This document shows positions 37,901-48,122 of a DNA stretch of 64,000 nt, one piece after another. How positions within the stretch are numbered: position 1 is the stretch's first letter; every line of letters starts with the position of its first letter. Both the position numbers and the translations under genes were made by a program. Origin of the DNA: an uncultured Lachnospiraceae bacterium (GTDB lineage Bacteria; Bacillota; Clostridia; Lachnospirales; Lachnospiraceae); contig CANOFO010000002.1 in the NCBI GenBank assembly GCA_947565305.1, positions 3,039-67,038 on the forward strand, in the 5' to 3' direction. A model generated the notes under the pieces. The model worked only from the letters and a program-made list of their open reading frames with translations, was not told the DNA's origin and ran no database searches.

Positions 37901-40348
37901 TCAAATTCTAGCTTTCACTAAATACTGGACCGCCTGATACATATGCCTATTAACATTTGTCGAAAGTTCCAGGAGTTTCTGCACCAGCTGCTCATCCTCC
38001 TCTGTCAGAGGATTCTCTATCGTCCTCACATCTTCCACTGTATAACCTTCCTCCTCAAACATCTGCAAAATCTGGTAATATGTGAAAAAATGTATATGGC
38101 TACGGTCAAGCAAACCGGTATCCTCATATTGAAATCTGCCGCTTAAGAGCTGTTTCATCACAGAAATATTCATGAGATTGGGTACGCTCGCCAAGATACA
38201 GCCATGTTCACTCAGCCTCTCCCTGCAAAATCTGACAACTTCCTGAGGATTGTGCAGATGCTCTAACACATCGCCAAATAAAATATAATCAAACGTTCCC
38301 GGGAAGGGCAATTCCTTCTCCTCAATATTGCCGACTTCTACCTCTGCAAGATGCCTTGCAATTGCAGCCGCCGACTCGTTGATTTCAAGGCCATACAGCT
38401 CGCTATTCGGATACCTGTTTCTGATTTCCAGCAAAGTCACGCCCAAATCACATCCTATTTCCAGAACACGGATATGCGCCTCCCGCTCCTCAGTAATCAT
38501 ATCTGCAAGATTACTGTTTGGCAGTAAGTTCAGGTAATTCATGCCCCATTTATCCCTTAGCGCTTCTTTATCTCCTTTTCCAAGAAATACCTTAAAATAC
38601 GGCTCAAGAGTCCCGCAGGAAATATGGTAAGCGAATGCCTGACGGCAGATGGCAAGCTGACGGCCCTTCTGTACCAGCCGAAATTTATAGTCCATCAATA
38701 CATTGCGCGGTTCCAGCAGCTTTTCCTCAAACTCCCCATTTTCTGCCCATGCTTCTTTGGAAAGCGCCCAAATCCCAGGTTCGATACCCAGGTTCTGGAA
38801 AGTCGTATCCTCATTCGCTGTATGTTCCAGACGTTCCAGATGATCAATACTGTCAATCCTGACGTTCTGATAAAATCTGCAGCCATTGCTCATCGGGGCA
38901 GCAATACCACATTTCTCCCCCTCCAATGATGCAGACAATTTTAAAATGCATTCTTTTCCCGGCAGATACTGAGGTTCCATAAATACAATTACCTCTTGCA
39001 CCTCAAAGTTGGCAATGGCAGCATTCCATGCTTTGCCATATCCTTGTATCCCCTCATCAAAAAATATATATTCGTACCCAAGTTCTGCCATTAATTCACA
39101 TGTCCCATCCGTGGAACCATTATCCACAATGACAATATTGGCAACCGCTGAAACCTGCCCCATCCACTCCAGACAGCGCAAAAGGCTTTCCTTCTGGTTA
39201 TAAGTTACAATGACCACAGTGGCTTTCTTCCCGGCGGACTGATGTATTTCCTCCAGAATCTCCAATGCCTGCGAGGGATTGGCAATTGTTCCCGGCGCTG
39301 CATTTAAAAGCATGACTTTACCCATCACCCAGGACACATGCTTCTGCAGGACGTAATCAACATCTTCCGGCATTTTCTTTCCTTCTGAAAAGTGGGACAG
39401 GCAAACCAAAACTTTGCGGTAATGGGCAATCCATTCATTCAAATCATTGGACATCTGCAAAAGCCCCGCCAAATCCCGCTGCTGTTCTTCCTGTGCAATA
39501 TATAGCAATTGTTCAATTATGGGAATCTCACCCCGGATATCTGACAGCTCCAGGCGTACATCCGGGCGCAGCTTTAGATATTCATAAAACATCTGCCTTG
39601 CCTGTTCAATCTGCTTCATCTTCACAAGCTGCGCCATCGCCAGCTTTAATTCCACCGTCTCCGCTTTCTCTGCGGTAATCCCCACGGTGCCCTCGTATAT
39701 TTTCAGTTGGTTTTTCTCCGCCCAGATTTTCACCATCTGTTCCGAGAGGAATCCAAATACACGCTGGTTATACAAATCATAAGACTGCACATCTATCCGC
39801 TGTTCCACCTCGAAGAGGATGTCAAACAGCCACTCGGCATAAGAATTGAACAATTTCCGCGAAGTTACCATCAGATTCCCATAATAATATGTATTCCCTT
39901 TCATTACCGACTGAAAATAAGGCGCATATTCCGGATACTTCTCCTCAATGACTTCCCCTACTGTCAGCAGGTCTTTCGCATTGTGCGCCTCCCCAAAATA
40001 GTCCAGGTAGTTGGTATCCGCCTGGACCTCATTAGAAACAATGATATCGTAATCCTGTAAAATCTTTTCATATTCCTGCTGATTCAGCGGTTGTCGTTGT
40101 TCATTGAGAAAGAAACGGCGGTAATGGCAGATGCCTATCACGTCCGCCTGCATCTCATTTTTCCAAACCCAATAGACCCCGGTAAGCTCACCATAGTATT
40201 TGTTCCATCGGGAAATGGAATCGCCAGTATCATCTCCCTGATAACCGAGGTCGTCCGCCAATGCCCTGCCCACATGGAGGGGCACATAGATGCTGTCCTC
40301 AGGTTCGGGAAATTTCTTGTGGGTCATCGTGAAAATCTTTATCTGCAT
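37901..40348 (-). CDS. Fusion of DUF4422 (furanosyltransferase-like), helical linker, GT2-like and class I methyltransferase domains
   Basis: IFTMTHK, YQGDDTGDSIS, YGELTG, GICHYRR, RVFGFLSE; IVTYN, VDNGSTD; LEIGCDLG, FGDVLEH, GLLDRSHIHFF. Confidence 0.85.
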   Translation of the reverse strand: MQIKIFTMTHKKFPEPEDSIYVPLHVGRALADDLGYQGDDTGDSISRWNKYYGELTGVYWVWKNEMQADVIGICHYRRFFLNEQRQPLNQQEYEKILQDYDIIVSNEVQADTNYLDYFGEAHNAKDLLTVGEVIEEKYPEYAPYFQSVMKGNTYYYGNLMVTSRKLFNSYAEWLFDILFEVEQRIDVQSYDLYNQRVFGFLSEQMVKIWAEKNQLKIYEGTVGITAEKAETVELKLAMAQLVKMKQIEQARQMFYEYLKLRPDVRLELSDIRGEIPIIEQLLYIAQEEQQRDLAGLLQMSNDLNEWIAHYRKVLVCLSHFSEGKKMPEDVDYVLQKHVSWVMGKVMLLNAAPGTIANPSQALEILEEIHQSAGKKATVVIVTYNQKESLLRCLEWMGQVSAVANIVIVDNGSTDGTCELMAELGYEYIFFDEGIQGYGKAWNAAIANFEVQEVIVFMEPQYLPGKECILKLSASLEGEKCGIAAPMSNGCRFYQNVRIDSIDHLERLEHTANEDTTFQNLGIEPGIWALSKEAWAENGEFEEKLLEPRNVLMDYKFRLVQKGRQLAICRQAFAYHISCGTLEPYFKVFLGKGDKEALRDKWGMNYLNLLPNSNLADMITEEREAHIRVLEIGCDLGVTLLEIRNRYPNSELYGLEINESAAAIARHLAEVEVGNIEEKELPFPGTFDYILFGDVLEHLHNPQEVVRFCRERLSEHGCILASVPNLMNISVMKQLLSGRFQYEDTGLLDRSHIHFFTYYQILQMFEEEGYTVEDVRTIENPLTEEDEQLVQKLLELSTNVNRHMYQAVQYLVKARI

Positions 40349-40384
40349 AATTTACCCCCTGTATCTATCTTCTCCTGCTTTTCT

Positions 40385-41482
40385 TCAATAATCCTTTTCT
40401 CCAGCTTCTCCTCCCAGCAGTTTTACTGCCTGTGCGAATTGCTCCCGGGAAATATCCTGGTCAATCAGGGCAACCTGCAGCTGCTGCATATCATCCAGCA
40501 CTTGCGTAAGGTATGGATTCGCCTTATACTCAGGTATCATCTGTCTGACAACCTTACACATTTCCTGATATTCCTGATATTTTAAATCAGTATAACGCAA
40601 TGCCAGCACTTTCATGCCTCCCAGATAATAGTATATTAAAAAATTTAACTCCATCTCCTTAGCAAAACGCTCCAATGCACCCCTACTCTTGCATTCCTCC
40701 CACATCAACATGGTCGTGTAAAAAATATCCATATGATATGCCTGATCCTTTTTCAGCACTATTGAGTCAGGATTGACACAATAATGATACAGCTTTTCGT
40801 TAAAAAAATAAACATTTTTCACACAGAGCTGTACCAGCACGCCCCAATAGATGTCCTCATAAGTACACCCCTCCGGGAAACGAAGCTGATTTCTGACAAT
40901 AAACTCTCTTGTATATATCTTGTCTATACAGCCATTATCTAAAATTGCTGTCACAAGTACTTTCTTTCGCTCCTCATCCTCTGATAAATCCAGATAAAAA
41001 TCTTCCCTGTCCCGGCGTTTCTGATGTTTCCACACATCCTCTTTTCCATTGTCACGGATAAATTGAAACGCTACCACCTCACATCGGTACTGTCGGATAA
41101 GCTGATATAATCTCTCATAGGAATCCGGCTCCATCCAATCGTCTGCATCAAGAAATGCGATATAGCTCCCGGCAGCATGTTCCAGACCAATATTCCGTGC
41201 GCGTCCCAGCTGACCATTCTGCTCGCAGTTGACCAACAGGATATTTTGGGGATACTTCCTCTCCCATAATAATAATTTCTCCCACGTCCCATCGGTGGAC
41301 GCATCATTGACACAGATAATTTCCAGTTTTTCCAGACCAATTGTCTGATTTACCAACGAGGTAAGACAACGGTCGATATACGCTTGCACATTATAGCAAG
41401 GAATGATAATACTGATTCTCTCTTCCAATTCTCTCCCTCCTTCGCTGCCATTCATAGCTTCCATTCGCTGCACTGCCCTCAT
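40385..41482 (-). CDS. GT2 glycosyltransferase
   Basis: ISIIIPCYN, VNDASTD, GRARNIG, FLDADD, YEDIYW; alternative TTG start at 41428. Confidence 0.92.
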   Translation of the reverse strand: MRAVQRMEAMNGSEGGRELEERISIIIPCYNVQAYIDRCLTSLVNQTIGLEKLEIICVNDASTDGTWEKLLLWERKYPQNILLVNCEQNGQLGRARNIGLEHAAGSYIAFLDADDWMEPDSYERLYQLIRQYRCEVVAFQFIRDNGKEDVWKHQKRRDREDFYLDLSEDEERKKVLVTAILDNGCIDKIYTREFIVRNQLRFPEGCTYEDIYWGVLVQLCVKNVYFFNEKLYHYCVNPDSIVLKKDQAYHMDIFYTTMLMWEECKSRGALERFAKEMELNFLIYYYLGGMKVLALRYTDLKYQEYQEMCKVVRQMIPEYKANPYLTQVLDDMQQLQVALIDQDISREQFAQAVKLLGGEAGEKDY

Positions 41483-42636
41483 TGCCCATCCATGATTTTC
41501 ATTAGCTGCACTGCCCGGTACTGCCAGGTCTGCGTCTCCTTGGCATAATCATTGCCTCTTTGTGCAATCCTCTTTAATTCCCTGGGCTGCTGCAGATAAT
41601 GTTTTACCTTGCCTGGAAGTTCCTCCAGAGATTCCAACGAGTAAAGCAGTGCCTCCCTGCCATCCGCAATTACCCCTTGCAGGTATTCGCTGCTGTCTGT
41701 CAGAGCCACGCTTTCATTGAGCATCGCGGAATATACCCGGTCATGGACGCCGCACTTAAACCAGGGCATGACATTAAGAACAATCCTGGCATCTGCAATG
41801 AGTGGAATGGTCTCATCGAAAGGAATCCTGTCATGCAGAATTAAATTGTCCTGCCTACAGTCCAAAAACTGCCAGCCTTCCCCATAGATATGTACCCTCA
41901 CGCCTGCATTGGCAAGCGTACGGATTACCTCCGCACGGGCACGGCTCCTCAACATGCCGTCCATGTCCTGAAACAGGCGTATCATGTCACGCAAATCCTC
42001 TTCCGGCAGCACAAGTCCCCTGTTTCTGAGACAGCGTTCCAGCCCATGTTCCAGGGTCAGATGTGTCCGGCTGCACAGCAATTGATAGCACTCCAGCCAA
42101 ATCTGCTTTAACCCTTCGCCCAGGCCTTGAATATGGTATTCAATATTGTCATCTATCAGGTATGCACCGGTAAATAGAATGTCCATGGAGCGTTCCTCGA
42201 AAGGTATCGCAGGTTCTGTGCAGCGGATGCCTGCCAAAGGCAGGAAAAAACTGCGCACCTTCCCCGGATAAAAACGTTCAATAAATTGCCTGTGGTAATC
42301 ATCCACGCACAAAAAGGTCAGCCTACGGATGGGAAAAATAATCGCCGCATGGTAATACATAGGATGGTCCACAATATAATCATAGCAGTCCACGTCCAGC
42401 TCATTCCAAACAGAATCCCGCTCCTCAGTCAGCAGATTCAGCCCGGCATGGTTGAAAAACAAGGCGGCTGTGTCTCCACGTCCGGCAAAGCCGTACACTG
42501 CCGCCCTTGTCTTAGCTTCATCCGCCATATCCGCCATCAGGACCTGAAACCCTATTTCACGAAACCCCTCTGCCATCAAATGGGCAAAAGCCCGCAGGGA
42601 ATCCGTTGCCGATTCAAAAATAATAATTTTCTCCAT
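41479..42636 (-). CDS. CgeB-like (Glyco_trans_1_2) glycosyltransferase
   Basis: YIVDHP, FLPLAG, DILFTG, IYGEGW, VLNVMPWFKCGVHDRVYSAM; start moved to ATG 42636. Confidence 0.82.
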   Translation of the reverse strand: MEKIIIFESATDSLRAFAHLMAEGFREIGFQVLMADMADEAKTRAAVYGFAGRGDTAALFFNHAGLNLLTEERDSVWNELDVDCYDYIVDHPMYYHAAIIFPIRRLTFLCVDDYHRQFIERFYPGKVRSFFLPLAGIRCTEPAIPFEERSMDILFTGAYLIDDNIEYHIQGLGEGLKQIWLECYQLLCSRTHLTLEHGLERCLRNRGLVLPEEDLRDMIRLFQDMDGMLRSRARAEVIRTLANAGVRVHIYGEGWQFLDCRQDNLILHDRIPFDETIPLIADARIVLNVMPWFKCGVHDRVYSAMLNESVALTDSSEYLQGVIADGREALLYSLESLEELPGKVKHYLQQPRELKRIAQRGNDYAKETQTWQYRAVQLMKIMDGQ

Positions 42637-42668
42637 ACCTTTGTCCTCTCGGCAGGTTACCCGCCCGC

Positions 42669-44375
42669 CTATGGCTGTAATCCCAATAATTTCTGAACAT
42701 TGCTCAGACATACCTTCCTGTCCTGACCGCGGTATACCTGGCTCTCCGCCAAATGCGCCCTATCCAATACCATATCAGAAAACATGTTTTCCAATAAGTC
42801 AAATTCATTCCATGCTGCAATCAAATCATATTTCTGTGCAATTTCTTCCACAGGAATTACCTTATTTATCCAGAAAAATGTCTGATATAACGCAATTACC
42901 ATGCGGAAGAAAACAAACTTTGCCGGTACGCATTCTAAAATCCACTCCTGGTCAAACCAATGAATCTCGCCATCAATATAAAATGCATTGCGCAATATCA
43001 TATCAATATACCCAGTCCGCAGTATGGGACCATATTTCTCCGCGTCGACTTGCTCGTCAATCTTCAGCGTGTAAAAAATATTGTCCTCTGCTTTTGCATG
43101 TTCCGAAGAGGTGAGGATTTCCTGATATACTTTATCAAAAATCCGGTATACCTCGAACTTATTCTTTCTTTTAAAAGCCATCAGCATCCTGTCTTCCAAT
43201 AATTCCTCATGCATAAATTCAGACACTAATTTCCCATTCAGAAGCTGAAGCGGCAGTACCTTCTTTCCAGCCTTCTCCAAAGCATTCCTGTTTTTGACAT
43301 TCTGCCAGATGTGGGCTGCCCCTTCCTTCTCATGTATAGGAAATTTCTCTACCTCGCCCTTGCTGGTAAACACAGTGGCAATCTGGTATTTGTCCTTCCG
43401 TTCCGTGCCGAGACAGCTAAATGTAACCCTGCCCAAATTATCATCGTCAGAGCATTCCACAAGAAATGAATTGGCAAAAAACTCAAAGACATTATTGTCA
43501 ATAACGTCTTTATAGATCTCCATCTCGTCTGCCACCAGAGTGCTCTTATCCGGAATATAATAGGGCTGCAGGTTGTGCATATTCTCATTATGGGGCAGCG
43601 TCTTCTGCGAATAAACCACGGTCGGCAGCTTATAATCCGGCATGGGATAATAGAAAAAAGAATGCTTAAATCCGCTGTCTTTTACCAGTTCCTCCAGTTC
43701 TTTGCGCGAGAAAGTCCTCACCTTCTTGTTGGTAATAACATACTGATTCATGCCCTCAAAAGGAAAGCCCGTATGGTCTTCCCTTGCCCCGCACCAATAT
43801 TTCAAGCCATATTTATTCTCAATCCCCACCAGCAGCTTTCCATTTGGCTTCAGAAACTTCTTTATCTCCATCAGAAAGTCCATATATGGATTGTCTGTAT
43901 TGGTGTAAGTTCCCTGATATTCCAATACCCCAATCAAGGTGATATAGTCAAATTTCTTTTCAAATTGAATATCATTCAGATTACCTACAATAATTTCCAG
44001 ATTATCTCTTTCGCGGCAGCGCAGCAGCGTTGCCGTTGCCCTTCTCTTAGACAGTTCCACCGCCGTCACATCATGGCATTTTTCACAAAGCATATTCGTG
44101 ATGGCTCCCATGCCGCAGCCAATTTCCAAAACACTGCTCTCCTTTTCAAAGGGATACCAATTCAGGATATTTTTGCGCAGATGCGTCAGATGATAGTAGG
44201 TGGGCCAGCACATATTCTCCAAAATAACCTGTGCATATTTCTCCGGCTCATGCTCTGCAATCAGTTTGATAATGAGATCCTCAATGTCCCCATCGGAATA
44301 CAAATCCTCATCCTTATACCACTTGAGATTAAACGATGGCTTAGGCGCCAACTTCTTTATCAATTCACTGTACAT
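42669..44375 (-). CDS. Class I SAM methyltransferase with C-terminal kinase-like domain
   Basis: LEIGCGMGAIT, IGVLEY, ENKYGLKYWCGAREDH, YYPMPDYK; C-terminal VEK, IDMILRN, WFDQEW. Confidence 0.8.
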   Translation of the reverse strand: MYSELIKKLAPKPSFNLKWYKDEDLYSDGDIEDLIIKLIAEHEPEKYAQVILENMCWPTYYHLTHLRKNILNWYPFEKESSVLEIGCGMGAITNMLCEKCHDVTAVELSKRRATATLLRCRERDNLEIIVGNLNDIQFEKKFDYITLIGVLEYQGTYTNTDNPYMDFLMEIKKFLKPNGKLLVGIENKYGLKYWCGAREDHTGFPFEGMNQYVITNKKVRTFSRKELEELVKDSGFKHSFFYYPMPDYKLPTVVYSQKTLPHNENMHNLQPYYIPDKSTLVADEMEIYKDVIDNNVFEFFANSFLVECSDDDNLGRVTFSCLGTERKDKYQIATVFTSKGEVEKFPIHEKEGAAHIWQNVKNRNALEKAGKKVLPLQLLNGKLVSEFMHEELLEDRMLMAFKRKNKFEVYRIFDKVYQEILTSSEHAKAEDNIFYTLKIDEQVDAEKYGPILRTGYIDMILRNAFYIDGEIHWFDQEWILECVPAKFVFFRMVIALYQTFFWINKVIPVEEIAQKYDLIAAWNEFDLLENMFSDMVLDRAHLAESQVYRGQDRKVCLSNVQKLLGLQP

Positions 44376-46117
44376 ACGTTTCCTCCTGGTTCCTGTTTCT
44401 TTTTTGCCATTACCAGATATTCAAATACCTGCAATAACTCCATATTGTTTGCTGCCAGTATGCCCAACGCTTCCTTCATATCTTCTGGCAGACTGCACAT
44501 TGTACCCTCTTCCATTGTCCCCTGTATATTTTCTATTATTAATTCGCACTGCTCCAGCATACTCTCTATATCATGAATTGCAAAATGGCATATATGGGAT
44601 TTATCCAAAGCTTTTGTGCCAGCATACGAAAATTTCCCGCCCAGCAGGGACATTATCACGGAAACATGCATAATATTATAAATACTGAACAACATCCTGC
44701 CCGTATCTTTCAGATATGGCTTTAAGCGCCTGATAACATTTTCCGGTGAATGATAAGTCTCTAAGGCATTGCTGAATATAATGTAATCAAAATAATTTGT
44801 CTCAAAGGGAACATCCATTGTCTCCGCGTTTCCCGATTCCACACCCAGGTAATCTTTCCCCAGCTGTGCTACCTTTTCCTTCGATTCTATCCCCCTGATA
44901 ACGGAATTACGCCACTGATATTTGATCCTCGATAATACCATTCCCATACCGCAGCCAATCTCCAATACCCTGATTGGCGCGTCCTTTTCCTCTTTGATGA
45001 AATTCAGAATACCAAGACGCGGATAGGTATAATTCTCAACATTAAATCCCCATTTCTCCTGAAAGACCAGACTATTCTCTGCCATCTTCTTATTGGTCTC
45101 CGCACCATCCCCAAAACTCTGGCTTCCATAATGAAAGATAAAACTGTTCCTGCACAAGAGCAGGTGATAGCCCGCATAACGCAGGCGCACCCCAATATCA
45201 TTGTCCTCAAAATAGCCCTTACCATAACGCAAATCAAACAAGCCAACCTCATCGAGTGCACACCGTTTCATCATCAGCGCAAACCCAGATAACCAGGCTT
45301 TACGCTCATACGGATTCTTATCCGGCACATTATTCTTCTCCCCATAAGCCAGAAATTCGGGCACAGAATGACAAATTTCTGTTATCTGCTGCCCATTTCC
45401 CACGTAATTCGACACGCTTCCGACTGCACCTACCTGTTCATCCTCGTACAGTCCCATGCGCAGCCAGAAAATAGCATTGGCCGGAACCAATGTATCATTA
45501 TTGAGGAAGAAAATATCATTATCCGGCATGGCCGCCTTTACTCCCTGGTTACAGCCGCCCCCAAACCCCCTATTCTCCACATTGCGAATGAGGCGAATAT
45601 CGCTCTGCTGCTCCAGCCATTCTGCAACGCCGTCACTGGAATCATTGTCCACAACAACCAGTTCATACGCAGATACCGGAGCTGTATCGCGGATAGACTG
45701 AATACAGTTTTGCATCATCTGGCAGTTATTGTACGATACAAGTACAATCGAAACAGGCATCACCGTGCTCCCCTGATTTCTTACTTCCTTTAAGCATTGC
45801 CTGATGTGCTCTCTGTCTTCTCCCACTTCACAGTAAAACTCAGCATTCTCATAACAGAGATATGCCTGGTTGATATTTTTCTCTAAATAGTAGTTGCCTA
45901 GCATCACGTAAAGTTCATAATTGCGGCAATTATACTTTAATCCTTCTGCAATGCAGTCATATGCCCCTTCCTCATCATTCTCATGTAGGCAGATGGACGC
46001 CTCTGCAATTGCAGCTGTATCATCCCATGCTATCTTCCCTTTTAGGCTGTCAATCTCCCGCCTGGCCTGCTCCCAATTCCCATCATTAATCAATGCAATG
46101 ATATCTGTCCAATCCAT
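44360..46117 (-). CDS. TPR-GT2-methyltransferase fusion
   Basis: TPR-like NYELYVMLGNYY; IVLVSYN, VVDNDS, NRGFGGGCNQG, FLNND, FEDND; LEIGCGMG. Confidence 0.87.
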   Translation of the reverse strand: MDWTDIIALINDGNWEQARREIDSLKGKIAWDDTAAIAEASICLHENDEEGAYDCIAEGLKYNCRNYELYVMLGNYYLEKNINQAYLCYENAEFYCEVGEDREHIRQCLKEVRNQGSTVMPVSIVLVSYNNCQMMQNCIQSIRDTAPVSAYELVVVDNDSSDGVAEWLEQQSDIRLIRNVENRGFGGGCNQGVKAAMPDNDIFFLNNDTLVPANAIFWLRMGLYEDEQVGAVGSVSNYVGNGQQITEICHSVPEFLAYGEKNNVPDKNPYERKAWLSGFALMMKRCALDEVGLFDLRYGKGYFEDNDIGVRLRYAGYHLLLCRNSFIFHYGSQSFGDGAETNKKMAENSLVFQEKWGFNVENYTYPRLGILNFIKEEKDAPIRVLEIGCGMGMVLSRIKYQWRNSVIRGIESKEKVAQLGKDYLGVESGNAETMDVPFETNYFDYIIFSNALETYHSPENVIRRLKPYLKDTGRMLFSIYNIMHVSVIMSLLGGKFSYAGTKALDKSHICHFAIHDIESMLEQCELIIENIQGTMEEGTMCSLPEDMKEALGILAANNMELLQVFEYLVMAKKKQEPGGNVCTVN

Positions 46118-46166
46118 AGTACATTCCCTTCTAAGAATATTCTTACCCCTTTTCCTCCCCAGATAA

Positions 46167-47960
46167 TTATGACCACATATTTGCCGGCATATAGCGGGCA
46201 GACATTTTCCATTTCATAAACTCCGTGGAACCGCTTCCTGTCGTGAAATACTCAATCGCATCCAGAATATCCCTGTTAACATGTTTCTTATTTACAAAAA
46301 ATCCTTCCGCGTTCTGGACAACATCCGCATTTTCCGGTCCGATAGCAAGCAGCTTCTCTACCATCTCTCTCAGTTCCACCTTCTTGCATTTATAGACATT
46401 GCCAAAGGGAATATCTGCGAACCGGCTTGGTTTCACATCAGGTATCAGCCAGTCCTTAACTGCAATGCTTGGTTTGCCGAACAGCAGCCCTTCCACCATA
46501 ACGCTGGATTCATCCGAAACGATAATATCACACATCATCAATGCCACCATAATGCTCTCTTCTGACTCAATATAATGCAGATTATCATAATGCCCCTCAT
46601 GAAGCTTACGCATATCCGCAATGTTCTTAACAATATCCTCGTACCCTTTGGGCGGCCATGCAGACTGTTTGACGATAAGATTGACTGGCAGCGATGACAA
46701 TGCACGTACGAAATCATCTTCTTTCTCATCACATTCCCAGGACGGAGCATACAGTACGGTAATCTTATGCTGCAGGTCCATGCTTTTTCTCAGTTCCTCT
46801 ACCCGCTTATGCAGTTCTTCCGAAAATATCTCAACGCTTTTGGGATAGCCTAGCATATATGCTCCACAGCGGGGATTTACATAATATTGAAATGCACATC
46901 GCTCCCATTTATCTTTCCAATCCTCCCCTGGAACAATGCCAATGTCATAGGCATTCCAACGTTCCATCTCCCATATGTTGGGCCATCTGAGATGCCCTTG
47001 TGCCATATCATGCAGCAAGACCAGGGAAAACCTGGAATTCTGCGGTTTGCCAACATGCTGGCAATAAACCCCGATTTCCGCCTTTTCATCCAGATTATCA
47101 GTGTGCCTTACTTTATATCCTCTTGTCTTGGCGTATTCCGCAATCGGCAGCATATTATAATATTCACCTTTCTCCGTGGCAAAAAAAGTAATCTCTTTCT
47201 TCAGCTTCCTATCTTCGACAGGTAAATCCTGCAGCAAATATCTGTGCTCTGCGGAAAGGCCGTTGGGAGTATTTTTAAACTGCTGCCAGCCATGATTCCT
47301 GACAAACACCTCCATTTGGCTTTGAAACAGCTCTGTCTGCTTCTTTAGCTTTGCCTCGTCAAACCGCTCGACAAAAGTTCCCACCAGCGCTACTTCCAGC
47401 AGTGCCATGACCCTTCCCTGCAGAATCTCAAACAGCAGAAAAGCTTTCTGCATTGCCGGATTTTGCTCTGTCTGATATTGCTGCAGATTGTCCATGCACA
47501 ATTTTACTTTTTCCCGATGGAACATGGTAGTGGTCAGGCTGCCCAACAGATTATGCCCTTTTTCCAGACAGACGCGCAATACCTGATTTCCCTCAAAAAT
47601 CGTGTCCCGAAAAACTCCTAAATATCCGCCATCCTGATACGCAACTATTGTGCCATCTCCCTCAAGATATACCCTGTTACAGAAGATAACTGCCGTCCCG
47701 CCTACTCCTTCTGCCAACTGTTCGATTTTCTCCGCATATTCCACCATACGCTGGATTTTATTGGCCGCCAATATCTGGTCTGCCTCCAGAAAACAGATAT
47801 AATCACTGTCTGTCGTCTCACAATAATCTACAATATCCTGATAAAACTCTTTGCCCGTTACGGCCTCAACAACCTCTAAATTCTCATAAGTCTGCTTTAT
47901 CAGCACATTGTCAATATAATCCGAGGTACAATCTATACATATCACTGAAACCTTCTTCAT
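46167..47960 (-). CDS. GT2-like domain plus TagF/CDP-glycerol phosphotransferase-like domain; paralog of 61263-63152
   Basis: GYPKS, VLYAPSW, DIIVSDESSV..E.LLFGKP; start moved to ATG 47960 after AGGAGG. Confidence 0.65.
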   Translation of the reverse strand: MKKVSVICIDCTSDYIDNVLIKQTYENLEVVEAVTGKEFYQDIVDYCETTDSDYICFLEADQILAANKIQRMVEYAEKIEQLAEGVGGTAVIFCNRVYLEGDGTIVAYQDGGYLGVFRDTIFEGNQVLRVCLEKGHNLLGSLTTTMFHREKVKLCMDNLQQYQTEQNPAMQKAFLLFEILQGRVMALLEVALVGTFVERFDEAKLKKQTELFQSQMEVFVRNHGWQQFKNTPNGLSAEHRYLLQDLPVEDRKLKKEITFFATEKGEYYNMLPIAEYAKTRGYKVRHTDNLDEKAEIGVYCQHVGKPQNSRFSLVLLHDMAQGHLRWPNIWEMERWNAYDIGIVPGEDWKDKWERCAFQYYVNPRCGAYMLGYPKSVEIFSEELHKRVEELRKSMDLQHKITVLYAPSWECDEKEDDFVRALSSLPVNLIVKQSAWPPKGYEDIVKNIADMRKLHEGHYDNLHYIESEESIMVALMMCDIIVSDESSVMVEGLLFGKPSIAVKDWLIPDVKPSRFADIPFGNVYKCKKVELREMVEKLLAIGPENADVVQNAEGFFVNKKHVNRDILDAIEYFTTGSGSTEFMKWKMSARYMPANMWS

Positions 47961-48122
47961 AAATCTTATCCTCCTGATTGTTGTCTGCAGGTCTCCTTCT
48001 TCATATTCTACCATAGGAACTATGAAAAATCAGCAAATTCCAATTATTTTCTTGTGAATTAGTTTCAATTCAAGGCACATTTTACGTCACACGAAAAAAC
48101 CAAAATATCTACATTCCCAACA

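Noticed and set aside
43575-44576. 333-aa plus-strand ORF
   Set aside because: Antisense to the well-supported methyltransferase; no recognisable domain.
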